From a virus, in the IMG/VR virus record IMGVR_UViG_3300050821_005389, positions 32,001 to 96,000 of that record: DNA of 64,000 bases; one strand, written 5' to 3'. This document shows, piece after piece, positions 9,659 to 18,966 of the stretch (within the stretch, counting starts at the first letter, position 1; every line of letters begins with the position of its first letter). Under the pieces are notes generated by a model. That model was not told where the DNA came from and ran no database searches. It saw nothing but the letters and a program-made list of their open reading frames with translations. Made by a program: the position numbers and the translations under genes.

Positions 9659-10549
9659 ATGTACGAAATAGGTAGTATTGTTGAAAAAGAACTTTTTCTT
9701 AGGTCACGAGATAATCCTCGGTCTACACAGATGTGGCGAGCTTATATTTCGTTTTTAGAAAATTGCCCTTATTTAGAAACTTGGACACCTAATTCTGTAG
9801 TTCATCATATACTTTGGCGAGCCGAATACCCCCAGTTTGTTAAATCGAAATGGAATTTGATTCGACTGTCTCATGATGATCATACTGCCGCCGCAGCTCT
9901 GATGTTAGGGGCGGAACCTAAAAATAGAGGGTTGTTGGACGGTTTTAAATTTACCTCCAAATTAACAGCCGGAATCCGCCCGAGTTGGCAACCTAAAAAT
10001 CCTCGGCGTGTAATTAGATTATACACAAAAGAACGTTGGTCAGCCGCGCGGATAGGATGTAAATTTAAAGTTGGTATATATCGGGTAATTCATTTTCTTA
10101 GAAGAAATAAAATAGAGATATCTTCTAGAAATCACGGACGAAGCCTGCTCTTTAGATTTTCTAAAAAAGAAATAAAGCAGATGATTCGCATGTATTTAAG
10201 AGAATTAAAAACATCCGTGGTTATCGGAAAGAAATTTGGACTTTCTTCTAGTGGTGTTATGTCAATTCTTCGGCGAAACAATGTGCCCATCAGAGATCTT
10301 TCTATTAGTCACCAAAGCCATCAGTGGTTTGCTCAACAAACAAAAACAGCGATTCGTCTTTATACGAAAAAGTTTTGGGGAACCGAACGAATTGGTCGAT
10401 ATTTAAACATTCCCGAGGGCTGTGTTGCCGGGCATCTTATTCGTAACGGAATCAGGATTCGTACACAAAGCGAAGCGTCGAAATTAATAAAAATTCGTGT
10501 CAGAAAAGAAAAATCAAACCCCGGAAGAAGACAATTACGGGCTGCCTAG
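9659..10549 (+). CDS. Free-standing HNH homing-endonuclease-like protein with three HTH repeats
   Basis: VVHHILWR...NLIRLSHDDH, then three IRLY/IRMY...IGxxF/L...LxRNxI repeats. Very basic and AT-rich; interrupts the structural operon and overlaps the next gene. Confidence 0.75.
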   Translation: MYEIGSIVEKELFLRSRDNPRSTQMWRAYISFLENCPYLETWTPNSVVHHILWRAEYPQFVKSKWNLIRLSHDDHTAAAALMLGAEPKNRGLLDGFKFTSKLTAGIRPSWQPKNPRRVIRLYTKERWSAARIGCKFKVGIYRVIHFLRRNKIEISSRNHGRSLLFRFSKKEIKQMIRMYLRELKTSVVIGKKFGLSSSGVMSILRRNNVPIRDLSISHQSHQWFAQQTKTAIRLYTKKFWGTERIGRYLNIPEGCVAGHLIRNGIRIRTQSEASKLIKIRVRKEKSNPGRRQLRAA

Positions 10550-11903
10550 CAACTTCGTCCCGATCGACGCACCTCCAATAAACCCGAATCAACCTGTAGG
10601 AGCACCCCCACCGCCTTCTGGTGTCAACCCCTACGGTTCCGGTAGTCTACCCAGTAATCTCGGTTACCAACCGGCCTTGGTTAAAACGGGTTTTCCGGGT
10701 TCTTCAACTGGCCCGATCGACTTATTCCCGATTCAAAGTTTAGCGGCCGCGAATGCTAAATCACAAGGCGTAGCCGCTACTGTAGCGGCGCCAGCTATTA
10801 CTAATGCCGCCGCTGCTAATACGACGGCTAAAGCCGCCAACGTTACCGCCAATACCGCTAACACAACGGCTAATACAGCTAACACGAACGCCACGACAGC
10901 CGTAACCGGCGTTAGCACTATCAACAGTCAGACGGCTGTAGCCATAGTATCCGGCGTTCTTCAACAGATTCCTATATCGACTTTAGGAAGCACGACGACA
11001 ACCCCTAACTTAGATAATTTAAACGACGGATCAACGTATAAACGCGTCTCGGCCACGGCACTGACTAATCACCTTGTAGACAGTACGCAAGCTGGTTTTA
11101 AATGCCAAGCCGGCAGCGTCGTGCCTCAAATCGTCGGAGGTTCGGCGTCCTTTTTTACTTATACTAGCACAACTTCGTCGATAGATATTTCTTGGTCGAA
11201 TGAACCAGTTTTGTACGGTGATACTACTTCGAGTACTATCGTAGGCAGTTCCCAAAACGTTACGGGTTTATCAGCTAGCACGACCTATTACTTTTATGCT
11301 TATTCATTCGGATCCTCGGTGACTTTTGTTCAAGTTTCAGGCGGCACAGGAACACCGGCGATGCTTTATACTCCGCAAAGTCCTACGGCTGCTCAGGCAT
11401 TAAATAACCAGGCTGTCATCGCGTTGTCAAATGGTGGAGTCGCGAGTACAACGCCTAGTAGTGGTTCTGGTGGAGGATCCGGTGGCGGTTCTGGATTATG
11501 TGTCCGAGACAACACGATTGTTCTACATAGAGAAAAAGGCGAGATTCCGCTTCTAGATTGTCAGATTGGCGATTTCATAATGGGTCGCACCGCCTGGACC
11601 GAGATCGTTGCGATGCAGGTTTTACCGATGGATGAGTTTGTTCGCATCACGGTTGAAGGGGAATCGGTTTCTATTACGCCAACGCATCACACAACGACAG
11701 CCGATGAACGAAGTGTCGCTGGTAAAGATTTGACTTTGAAAGACTATCTGATTCGTAGAAAAGGGTACTCAAAGATCAAAACTCTAGAATTGGTTGAAGA
11801 AGAAGGTAGAAAGATAACTGTGACTTGTCTTCCGGAGCACGAATATTTCGCAGGCGAGGTTCATCCGACTATCCTAGTACATAATTCGGTTCCATTATCG
11901 TGA
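10497..11903 (+). CDS. Tail needle/fibre-like protein with C-terminal Hint (intein-like) domain
   Basis: Pro-rich N-terminus, ANTT coiled-coil-like repeats, beta-rich domain, linker SSGSGGGSGGGSGL, then C335-VRDNT...ITPTHH...ILVHN463-SVPLS. Confidence 0.8.
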   Translation: MSEKKNQTPEEDNYGLPSNFVPIDAPPINPNQPVGAPPPPSGVNPYGSGSLPSNLGYQPALVKTGFPGSSTGPIDLFPIQSLAAANAKSQGVAATVAAPAITNAAAANTTAKAANVTANTANTTANTANTNATTAVTGVSTINSQTAVAIVSGVLQQIPISTLGSTTTTPNLDNLNDGSTYKRVSATALTNHLVDSTQAGFKCQAGSVVPQIVGGSASFFTYTSTTSSIDISWSNEPVLYGDTTSSTIVGSSQNVTGLSASTTYYFYAYSFGSSVTFVQVSGGTGTPAMLYTPQSPTAAQALNNQAVIALSNGGVASTTPSSGSGGGSGGGSGLCVRDNTIVLHREKGEIPLLDCQIGDFIMGRTAWTEIVAMQVLPMDEFVRITVEGESVSITPTHHTTTADERSVAGKDLTLKDYLIRRKGYSKIKTLELVEEEGRKITVTCLPEHEYFAGEVHPTILVHNSVPLS

Positions 11904-12208
11904 AAAATATCCATCATTTGACAAAAGAAGTTTGTTTAAAGCATCTTAAAAACTATCGCCAGTCCGCTTATCTCGATCTGCCTGACGGCACTGTTATCAT
12001 AACTGGTACGATCGACTCTCATTACCGAAAGCTACTGGAGCAAGAGTCTGGTACCACTGCGATTCCTTTTGTTGGTTCTGGTGACCTAGTGCCATCGCAC
12101 GTAGTCAACTCTCTTCAACATCTCGGTGTTACTGAAACCGACGACACCATGAAAGCCGTTCTTAAAATCTGTAAAGTACACCCATCGTTTCATCCAAGCG
12201 AACTCTAA
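11900..12208 (+). CDS. Hypothetical protein
   Basis: 102 aa, GTGA overlap with the Hint gene stop. Confidence 0.6.
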   Translation: MKNIHHLTKEVCLKHLKNYRQSAYLDLPDGTVIITGTIDSHYRKLLEQESGTTAIPFVGSGDLVPSHVVNSLQHLGVTETDDTMKAVLKICKVHPSFHPSEL

Positions 12209-12227
12209 CTAAAAATTCGGGAGGCTT

Positions 12228-12635
12228 ATGAAGTTTACATCTACTTTGTTAGATGATATGCCGCAAATCGCCCGTTGGATAGAGTTAGACCCGTTTCATT
12301 GTAATCGAGGAACTAAACCAGAATGGTGGATCACGGGAGCAGATTGTTACGTAGCATTTTGTATTGAAGATGATTCAGGCCCGGTAATATACGTCAGGCT
12401 GGAAGAAGACGAAGATTTAATCCGGTTACATTGCCAATTTGGGCCGGAAAACGAAGTTAGTAAGCGCCGGGTCGCCGTAGCGATTTCAGAAGCTTTGCCG
12501 GCCGTAGAAATAATGGCGAGACAGAAAGGCAGTACTGGTTTGATTTATGAAAGTTCGTCGCCTGGATTAATAAAGTTTTTAGAGAAACGCGGATATGTTC
12601 CCGCCGAAACAAATCAATTCGTAAAGATTTTTTAA
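12228..12635 (+). CDS. GNAT-fold-like protein (T7 gp13-like position before ejection genes)
   Basis: 135 aa with GNAT-like C-terminus GLIKFLEKRGY. RBS GGAGG. Synteny with ejection genes. Confidence 0.55.
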   Translation: MKFTSTLLDDMPQIARWIELDPFHCNRGTKPEWWITGADCYVAFCIEDDSGPVIYVRLEEDEDLIRLHCQFGPENEVSKRRVAVAISEALPAVEIMARQKGSTGLIYESSSPGLIKFLEKRGYVPAETNQFVKIF

Positions 12636-12656
12636 AAGATTTTAGAGAGGTGTACC

Positions 12657-13346
12657 ATTTGCGGTCCTTCCGGAACACAAAGTTCCCTCGAGAAGCAGGA
12701 AGCTAATTTTTCGCAACTGTTGTCACAGGATTTTGGCAGCAGATTTGCTGGCCAAAATGAAACGTTAGCTTCTTTGGGAAATATTCTTCAAAACGTCCAA
12801 GAAGGTAAACTGGTTCCTGGTTTTAGCCCTCAGACACTGGCTGCGCTTAATACCTCGGCAATTGATACAACGGCAGGTAACTTTGCAAACGCTCAACGCG
12901 CTGCTAATAACGCTAATGCGGGCCGCGGTGGAAATAGCGGATTGCAGCCAGGGACAGTGGGCCAAGAGAACGCGACGATAGCCAGTGCGGGTGCATCGCA
13001 ACTATCCAATGAGCAGCAACAGATTCAACTGGCTAATCAAAATCAAGCCGAACAGAATACGCAGATGGCTATAGGCGGTGAATCTACCTTGGCCGGATTG
13101 CAAAATCCTCTAGGCTTTGCTGGTGCTACTACTCAATCACAAGGCCAAGCATTTAACGCCGCGACACAAATAAATCAAGAACAGAATCAGGAAGAAGCTG
13201 ATATTGCCGGTGGTATTGCAGGATTGGCTGGCGGCGTATTAGGCGGTCCTATCGGTGGAATGATAGGTAGTTCTATTGGTGGCTTGATGAATCCCGGTAC
13301 CAGTTCGGTTCTTCCTAGCGATAGTGGAGGCTTGATCGGTGCATAA
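12657..13346 (+). CDS. Small ejection (internal virion) protein; start probably at an ATT codon
   Basis: Gln/Asn/Ala/Gly-rich with glycine-zipper C-terminus IAGGIAGLAGGVLGG. Frame is open upstream of TTG 12720 to ATT 12657, giving (M)CGPSG, just after GAGGTG. Confidence 0.65.
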   Translation: MCGPSGTQSSLEKQEANFSQLLSQDFGSRFAGQNETLASLGNILQNVQEGKLVPGFSPQTLAALNTSAIDTTAGNFANAQRAANNANAGRGGNSGLQPGTVGQENATIASAGASQLSNEQQQIQLANQNQAEQNTQMAIGGESTLAGLQNPLGFAGATTQSQGQAFNAATQINQEQNQEEADIAGGIAGLAGGVLGGPIGGMIGSSIGGLMNPGTSSVLPSDSGGLIGA

Positions 13347-13355
13347 GGAGCAAAG

Positions 13356-15521
13356 ATGGCGTTAGTACCCGATGCAGTTTTAGCAGGCGGACCGAGCGGT
13401 TTAGTCGGTCAACCAGACTCAGCTCCGACCGCGCCTAATCTTGCTGTACCAGATACTACTAACACCGGCGGCGCATCTTTATTGTCAGGATTGCCCCCCG
13501 CTCCGAAACCAGGCGGCATATCAGAGAGTCCTCAAGACCAATTTAGACGTTTAGTCGCCCAGAACGCTAATACCGCTATTAAAGGGGCATCGGATCCTTC
13601 AGCACCGTTTGCTTGGGCTAAAGCACTCGTCGGATCTGTAATTCCTTCGCTCGCAGGCACGGCATTGGGTGGACTCGGTGCCGCAGCAGATATAGGTCGC
13701 GTCCCGCCGGGAGCCGGCGCCCTTTACGGTATAAATAAAACAGTTGCCGGATTAAATGCGCAAAAAGCAGAACAACAGAAGCAAGCGGCGCAACAGAAAC
13801 AACAAGCTTTTGAAAACGATTATAAAACACAAGAACTTCAGTTAAGGAAAGATGCACAGCAAGCTCAACAAGCTGCTAATTTAGTCCAATCTCAAAAAGC
13901 CCTGCACGAATTGGATAAAGAAGCCCAAGACACTTTATTTACTGCTACTGCACCTTGGCGTGATGCTGCTGAAAAAGCCGGTCAACAGAAAATTCAAGAC
14001 GGTCTGACTTCCAACGACATTAATGAAATAAAAATGCAGCACGCTACGAAAGATGATCCGAACGGCACTAAATGGGCAATGGATCAGAATATTAAACAAA
14101 CAGGTTGGCAACCGATTACGAATGAAAACGGCGATCCTACAGGTCAGCGGCGAGCTACGTACTCGATATATACTTGGGGCGATCCGGTCCAGGTAAACGA
14201 CCAAATGTCTGCCGATGCTAAGAAATATCTAGATAAGGATCTTCCAAAAGGCACGATTCTCGATCCCAAAGATAGTCGAACAGTCGAGTTGCAAATCCAG
14301 AAAGCTCGAACCGACGAGATGGTTGGACTCGGTGCATTGGCCGCAGCAGGTAAACTACAAAACGAAATAGATACTTATAAGAAAAATTCTGATTTTAAGG
14401 CGGCGTCTGAGACATTGGTTCCTTGGCTGGTGGATGCGCACGGGGACTACGGCCTTGCGATGACGAGAATGCAAGATGCGGCTAATGAGAAAGATGCCGC
14501 TGGCCAGCTTACTACTCATGCTCAAGAGGTCCAGAAACAGTTCCTTCAAGTTCAACGCGGTTTAAGTCCAGAAATCGTTAAAACTGATATGGATTTATCA
14601 GAAAAGAAAGCTATCGAAGAAGTTAAAGCAAACGCTAAATCCGCTGCCGAAGGTAAAAAAACCGAGGCACAGGGTGATACAAATTTAACCGGTTTGGCTT
14701 ATTTAAATTCTATACAAGATCCTTCAGAGCGGAATCTTGTCAATCAGATCGGTAACGGACAGTTGCCCGTAAATCGAATCGAATATTTGCTTGCTAGAAA
14801 TCCTCGTATCCTTCAAGAAGTATCTTTAGCATTTCCAGATATTGACGCTGGTAAATTCCCCGGATATATCGCGGCGATTAAAGAATTCAATACAGGAAAA
14901 GCCGCGACTCAAATTAAAGCCATTAATACAGCTCTTCCTCACTTGGATCAACTATATACGGCTGTTGAAAACGGATTCGGTACGACCATTCCGGGTATAT
15001 CAAATGTTGAACGCGCCTTGGGCAACCAAAATGCAATTGACGTAAATAACCTTCGAACTATTGCATCGCAAGAATTAGCAAAAATTTACGCCACCGGTGC
15101 CGTAACCGATCAAGAACGGAAAGAATTTAATAATCAAATACAAGGTTTTCAGACACCGGCGGAATTAAAGGGTACTGTTTATGCGATGGTTAACGCTTTG
15201 ACTAAGCAAGTAGACTCTCTAGAAAATCAGTGGGAGACATCGCTGCCTAGTAAGCGGTTCCGTCCAGCACGGGCTATTATTGATCAAGATGCTCAGAAAG
15301 CTATGGCGGATATAGTCTCAAGACATAGTGGTGCTGGTCCGATGGCTCAAACGCCGGCTCAACAGCAGCAAGACTCGGTTCAGAGATTGAATAGTGCAGC
15401 CGGTCAACCAGCGGCGCATAAGATCGGTGATATAATTTTGCAAGCTGGTGTACCTTTTAAAGTTACTAGTGTAGACGCGAATGGCAAGGTCACAGGAGCC
15501 GATTTTAATGGGCCAAGATAG
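13356..15521 (+). CDS. Ejection / DNA transfer protein
   Basis: 721 aa, helical, Gln/Ala/Lys-rich with an N-terminal hydrophobic Gly-rich segment. RBS AAGGAG. Middle gene of three. Confidence 0.6.
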   Translation: MALVPDAVLAGGPSGLVGQPDSAPTAPNLAVPDTTNTGGASLLSGLPPAPKPGGISESPQDQFRRLVAQNANTAIKGASDPSAPFAWAKALVGSVIPSLAGTALGGLGAAADIGRVPPGAGALYGINKTVAGLNAQKAEQQKQAAQQKQQAFENDYKTQELQLRKDAQQAQQAANLVQSQKALHELDKEAQDTLFTATAPWRDAAEKAGQQKIQDGLTSNDINEIKMQHATKDDPNGTKWAMDQNIKQTGWQPITNENGDPTGQRRATYSIYTWGDPVQVNDQMSADAKKYLDKDLPKGTILDPKDSRTVELQIQKARTDEMVGLGALAAAGKLQNEIDTYKKNSDFKAASETLVPWLVDAHGDYGLAMTRMQDAANEKDAAGQLTTHAQEVQKQFLQVQRGLSPEIVKTDMDLSEKKAIEEVKANAKSAAEGKKTEAQGDTNLTGLAYLNSIQDPSERNLVNQIGNGQLPVNRIEYLLARNPRILQEVSLAFPDIDAGKFPGYIAAIKEFNTGKAATQIKAINTALPHLDQLYTAVENGFGTTIPGISNVERALGNQNAIDVNNLRTIASQELAKIYATGAVTDQERKEFNNQIQGFQTPAELKGTVYAMVNALTKQVDSLENQWETSLPSKRFRPARAIIDQDAQKAMADIVSRHSGAGPMAQTPAQQQQDSVQRLNSAAGQPAAHKIGDIILQAGVPFKVTSVDANGKVTGADFNGPR

Positions 15522-17748
15522 TCAGGCTCAAGCGCCTGCGTTTGACCCTAGTGCTCCGTATCAAGCAGCATCGACTCCTGCGATTCCGGCTTTTAATCCG
15601 AGTGCTCCTTATCAAACCGCACCTGTTACTCAAATACGCTATACAGCACCGGGCCAAGGCGTTCAAGAGTTCGTTAAAGGTTCTACTGACGAGCAACAGT
15701 TCTTGCAAAGATTTCCCGGTGCTAAAGCGATTCCCGGATCATACCAAAGACCTTTACAACCAAATGAACAAGTAGATACGGAAACGCCAGCGACTAGAAC
15801 GGCTCGACAAACGAAACAGGGCAAGCAGATGCTCGAAACAACAGGAGCGCTTGCCGGTTCGATTATAGCTCCTGAATTGTTGCCGGAAGCCGCTGGACTA
15901 TTAGCTACGTCTGCTGCCACAGCCGGAGGTGCGGCATTAGGGACAGCCGCTGGTCAAACTGCAATAGGTGAGAATCCGGTAAGTAAAGAAAACCTAGAAG
16001 AGTCCGGAAAGAATGCAGCGATCTACGGCGGCGGTAATCTCGTGTTTGGTGCCGGTGGTAAGCTACTCGGAAAAGTAGCAGATCGAGCTAAAGAGTTACT
16101 TACTCCTGTCGGCGATATCGGCGAAGAAGGTAATGCTCTTGTAGAAAAAATTGCCGGACAACCGATTGATCAGCAAAAAGTAGTTGCAAAGGTTCAGCAG
16201 GATTTAGGCAAGGCCGAGCAAAAGCTCCATCAAGATTACGAAGCAAAATTTAATCAGATTAGTCAGCGGGCCCAGAATCTTCCTGTCGATATCAATCAAA
16301 GTCCTTTACAACAGGCTGCCCAGAAATTACTGGTAGATACTAAAATCCCAGAAAATATTCGAGCCGCCTTAAAAGGAGTAGCACCGGATAGTGAACGATT
16401 AATTCCCTTATTGGAAGAATTCACCGGCAAAGAAGGTTCGCCGACTGTTTACACATTTGATGAAATCGAAGGAACCCGACAGGTCATAGGCGATCTATTC
16501 AGAAAGACGCCGTATGGTAGTCCGTTAAAACCTGATTTATATCAACTTCGAAGTGCAATTGATGACACTCTGGAGAAAGCGGTTACAGATGCGGGTCCGG
16601 CGTATAAGCCTGTACTAGACGATATGAAGGCTCTCCGCGCCAATTACGCTGATAAAATCGGAAGTTTTCATAATAAAGCTATCGAAGCTTTGCAAGATAA
16701 AAGCCCGGATATGGTCGCCGATATCTTGATGAACAAGCAGAACTCTATCGAGCGGGTCAAGGATCTTCAAAATCTCATAGGCGAAGAGAATATGAAGCCG
16801 GTAGAGGGCAGCATTCTGGATCGTCTGATCCAAAAAGCAACAGTCGGTTCCGGTGATACCGCTGTGATAAACGCGGATAAACTCCGCAATGCTTTCTCAA
16901 ATATCAGCCCGAACGTCAGACAAGCTATTTGGGGAGAAAATCTTCCTGCCGTTACTGATTTCATGGAAGGCGTAGTTAGAAATAATACTAAAGGCGTTGC
17001 GAGTCGGCGAGCCATAGCGCTTTTGTCTAAATACGGATTAGGAAACGGCGCCGCAGGCGGCGGTTTAACCGGCGGTATAATCGGACTGGTTCGAGGCGAC
17101 GATCCGGAAAAATTCTTAAGAGATGTCGCCATCGGTACAACTTTAGGTGCTGCCCCGAATTTAATTACCAGGTTTGGACCTAGTGCTATCGAGGGAATTG
17201 AGGGTTTAGAAGGCGCGGCTAGCGCGATTAAAGCATCTGGCGCTCCTTTAGTAGCAGAACGCGCAGCAGAGGCTAGTACAGCTTCGGCAGCTAGCGGTGA
17301 ACAGCCATCGGCTCCACCCGCCAAGATTGTAACTGCACCTAGAGAAGCAGAAGTGGCTCCTGACGTTCCCAGTTTAATCGACAAAGCTTCTGCCACTTAC
17401 GGTATCCCCGCCAACTTGCTTCGTGCCCAAGCTGGCGTCGAATCCGGTTTTGATAATGAAGCGGAAAGCCCGAAAGGTGCCAAGGGCGTTATGCAGTTAA
17501 TGCCCAAAACGGCGGAAGCTTTAGGTGTCGATCCTGAAGATCCGGAACAGAACGTTGACGGTGGCGCTCGGTATCTTAGCCAGTTGCATAAAAGATTTGG
17601 TCGATATGATCGAGCACTGGCTGCTTATAATTGGGGTCCGTCTAATGTGCAAACGGCGATTGATAAACACGGTGACAACTGGTTAGAATTTGCCCCGATC
17701 GAAACTCAGCGGTACGTTCATCAAATACTAAGACGCGCAATACAGTAG
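15508..17748 (+). CDS. Large ejection protein with C-terminal soluble lytic transglycosylase (SLT/GH23) domain
   Basis: VESGFDNEAESPKGAKGVMQLMP, ALAAYNWGP and ETQRYV motifs. ATG 15508 preferred over 15481 because of the AGGAG RBS. Confidence 0.85.
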   Translation: MGQDSQAQAPAFDPSAPYQAASTPAIPAFNPSAPYQTAPVTQIRYTAPGQGVQEFVKGSTDEQQFLQRFPGAKAIPGSYQRPLQPNEQVDTETPATRTARQTKQGKQMLETTGALAGSIIAPELLPEAAGLLATSAATAGGAALGTAAGQTAIGENPVSKENLEESGKNAAIYGGGNLVFGAGGKLLGKVADRAKELLTPVGDIGEEGNALVEKIAGQPIDQQKVVAKVQQDLGKAEQKLHQDYEAKFNQISQRAQNLPVDINQSPLQQAAQKLLVDTKIPENIRAALKGVAPDSERLIPLLEEFTGKEGSPTVYTFDEIEGTRQVIGDLFRKTPYGSPLKPDLYQLRSAIDDTLEKAVTDAGPAYKPVLDDMKALRANYADKIGSFHNKAIEALQDKSPDMVADILMNKQNSIERVKDLQNLIGEENMKPVEGSILDRLIQKATVGSGDTAVINADKLRNAFSNISPNVRQAIWGENLPAVTDFMEGVVRNNTKGVASRRAIALLSKYGLGNGAAGGGLTGGIIGLVRGDDPEKFLRDVAIGTTLGAAPNLITRFGPSAIEGIEGLEGAASAIKASGAPLVAERAAEASTASAASGEQPSAPPAKIVTAPREAEVAPDVPSLIDKASATYGIPANLLRAQAGVESGFDNEAESPKGAKGVMQLMPKTAEALGVDPEDPEQNVDGGARYLSQLHKRFGRYDRALAAYNWGPSNVQTAIDKHGDNWLEFAPIETQRYVHQILRRAIQ

Positions 17749-17754
17749 AGGGCC

Positions 17755-18771
17755 ATGCAAGCAAGACTAGGAATCGCATATAAAAATTTTGCAGCTTGGC
17801 GCGGAATTTCTCACGTCGGTCTCGGCATAGCGGCTCAAGCTAATGCTGAGTATCTTAACGCGCATGGCGAGCACGCCGTCGTTTTTCCTGTTCGTCATAA
17901 TATAGATATCGTTAATTCTATAAACCAATACAATTCCGAACACGCCGAACCTCTTACGCACGTAGTTATTTCAGCACCTTGGTTAAGTTGTCGCGACATG
18001 GCGGCTCTTGTAGAACACTTTAAGATGATCCAGTTCGCCATTGTAAGTCATTCTAATGTTGGATTCCTTCAAGCCGATCCTAGTGGAATAGCACTTCTTC
18101 GGGATTATATCGAGCTTTCGTACAAATACGATAATTTAACCGTCGGCGGTAACAGCGAACGATTTACTAAATGGCTATCAGAAGCTTACGATACTTTTAC
18201 CGTACTATTGCCGAATATGTACCCGATCCCAGCTTTTGTTCCGCATAAGTCATTGGGCGACGTAATCCGAATCGGATCGTTCGGGGCGATCCGACCGCTG
18301 AAGAATCAACTGACAGCAGCCGCGGCAGCTATAATTATAGGTGAGAGACTTGAGAAACCAATCGAGTTTCATCTCAGCGCTGGCCGCGAAGAAGGCGGTG
18401 GCAACATCGTTTTAAGCGCCATCCAACAGATGGTAAAAGACGTTCTCGGTTTTACTTTAGTCTTAGACGGTTGGAGTCCCTGGTCGGATTTTAATGAAAC
18501 CGTAGCCAATATGGACTTATTAATTCATCCGAGTTATACTGAATCATTCAATATTGTTTCAGCCGACGGTATTAGTCAAGGTGTACCGGTCGTCGGATCA
18601 ACGGCTATCAACTGGCTACCGAAAGACTGGCAGGCTGATTCGGACGACGCTGTTGAGATAGCTGAACGAGGGATACAACTTCTAGGCAAAGGTGTGCATC
18701 AAGGAATAGAAGCGCTTACAGAACACAATCATTTTGGATTTAAGCACTGGAAAAAGTTCCTAGCTTCGTAA
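17755..18771 (+). CDS. Glycosyltransferase, GT-B fold (GT4-like)
   Basis: IGSFGAIRPLKNQ and DLLIHPSYTESFNIVSADGISQGVPVVGS motifs. Confidence 0.8.
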   Translation: MQARLGIAYKNFAAWRGISHVGLGIAAQANAEYLNAHGEHAVVFPVRHNIDIVNSINQYNSEHAEPLTHVVISAPWLSCRDMAALVEHFKMIQFAIVSHSNVGFLQADPSGIALLRDYIELSYKYDNLTVGGNSERFTKWLSEAYDTFTVLLPNMYPIPAFVPHKSLGDVIRIGSFGAIRPLKNQLTAAAAAIIIGERLEKPIEFHLSAGREEGGGNIVLSAIQQMVKDVLGFTLVLDGWSPWSDFNETVANMDLLIHPSYTESFNIVSADGISQGVPVVGSTAINWLPKDWQADSDDAVEIAERGIQLLGKGVHQGIEALTEHNHFGFKHWKKFLAS

Positions 18772-18780
18772 AGGGTAGAC

Positions 18781-18808
18781 TTGACAATTACTAGTCTAGG
18801 TGTACAAT
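18781..18808 (+). promoter_or_regulatory. Sigma70-type promoter
   Basis: TTGACA-N16-TACAAT in an intergenic gap, followed by AGGAGG (18815-18820) and ATG 18826. Confidence 0.7.
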
Positions 18809-18825
18809 AGAAATAGGAGGTAGTA

Positions 18826-18966
18826 ATGGGTAAAGGTTATGGGGATAAATTAGCATCGGGTAGTGTCAAAGCTACATTCCCGACGACAGAACATAGAATG
18901 ACCGACGAAGAGTGGCAAGCAATGTTCCAGCCAGAAAAACCGGAAGAAAAACCAAAACAAGAATGA
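18826..18966 (+). CDS. 46-aa small protein not in the ORF track
   Basis: MGKGYGDKLASGSVKATFPTTEHRMTDEEWQAMFQPEKPEEKPKQE. Perfect RBS; its stop overlaps the next ATG (ATGA). Confidence 0.7.
   Translation: MGKGYGDKLASGSVKATFPTTEHRMTDEEWQAMFQPEKPEEKPKQE

Noticed and set aside
10800-10900. Short imperfect nucleotide repeats (gctaatac/gccaatac) as a possible array or VNTR
   Set aside because: Explained by coding ANTT/ANVT peptide repeats; no constant repeat-spacer structure, so not CRISPR.
15530-15625. Direct repeat encoding PAF(D/N)PSAPYQ twice
   Set aside because: Ordinary low-complexity N-terminal duplication in an ejection protein.
16767-17396. 209-aa antisense ORF
   Set aside because: Shadow of the Ala/Gly-rich ejection protein on the other strand; no RBS or recognisable motif.
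18912-18962. ORF-track N-terminal extension of the GT-A gene (and similar extensions at 20903, 36114, 39493, 42267, 48926, 51191, 62132)
   Set aside because: Downstream starts have better RBS or translational coupling, and the extensions overlap upstream genes.
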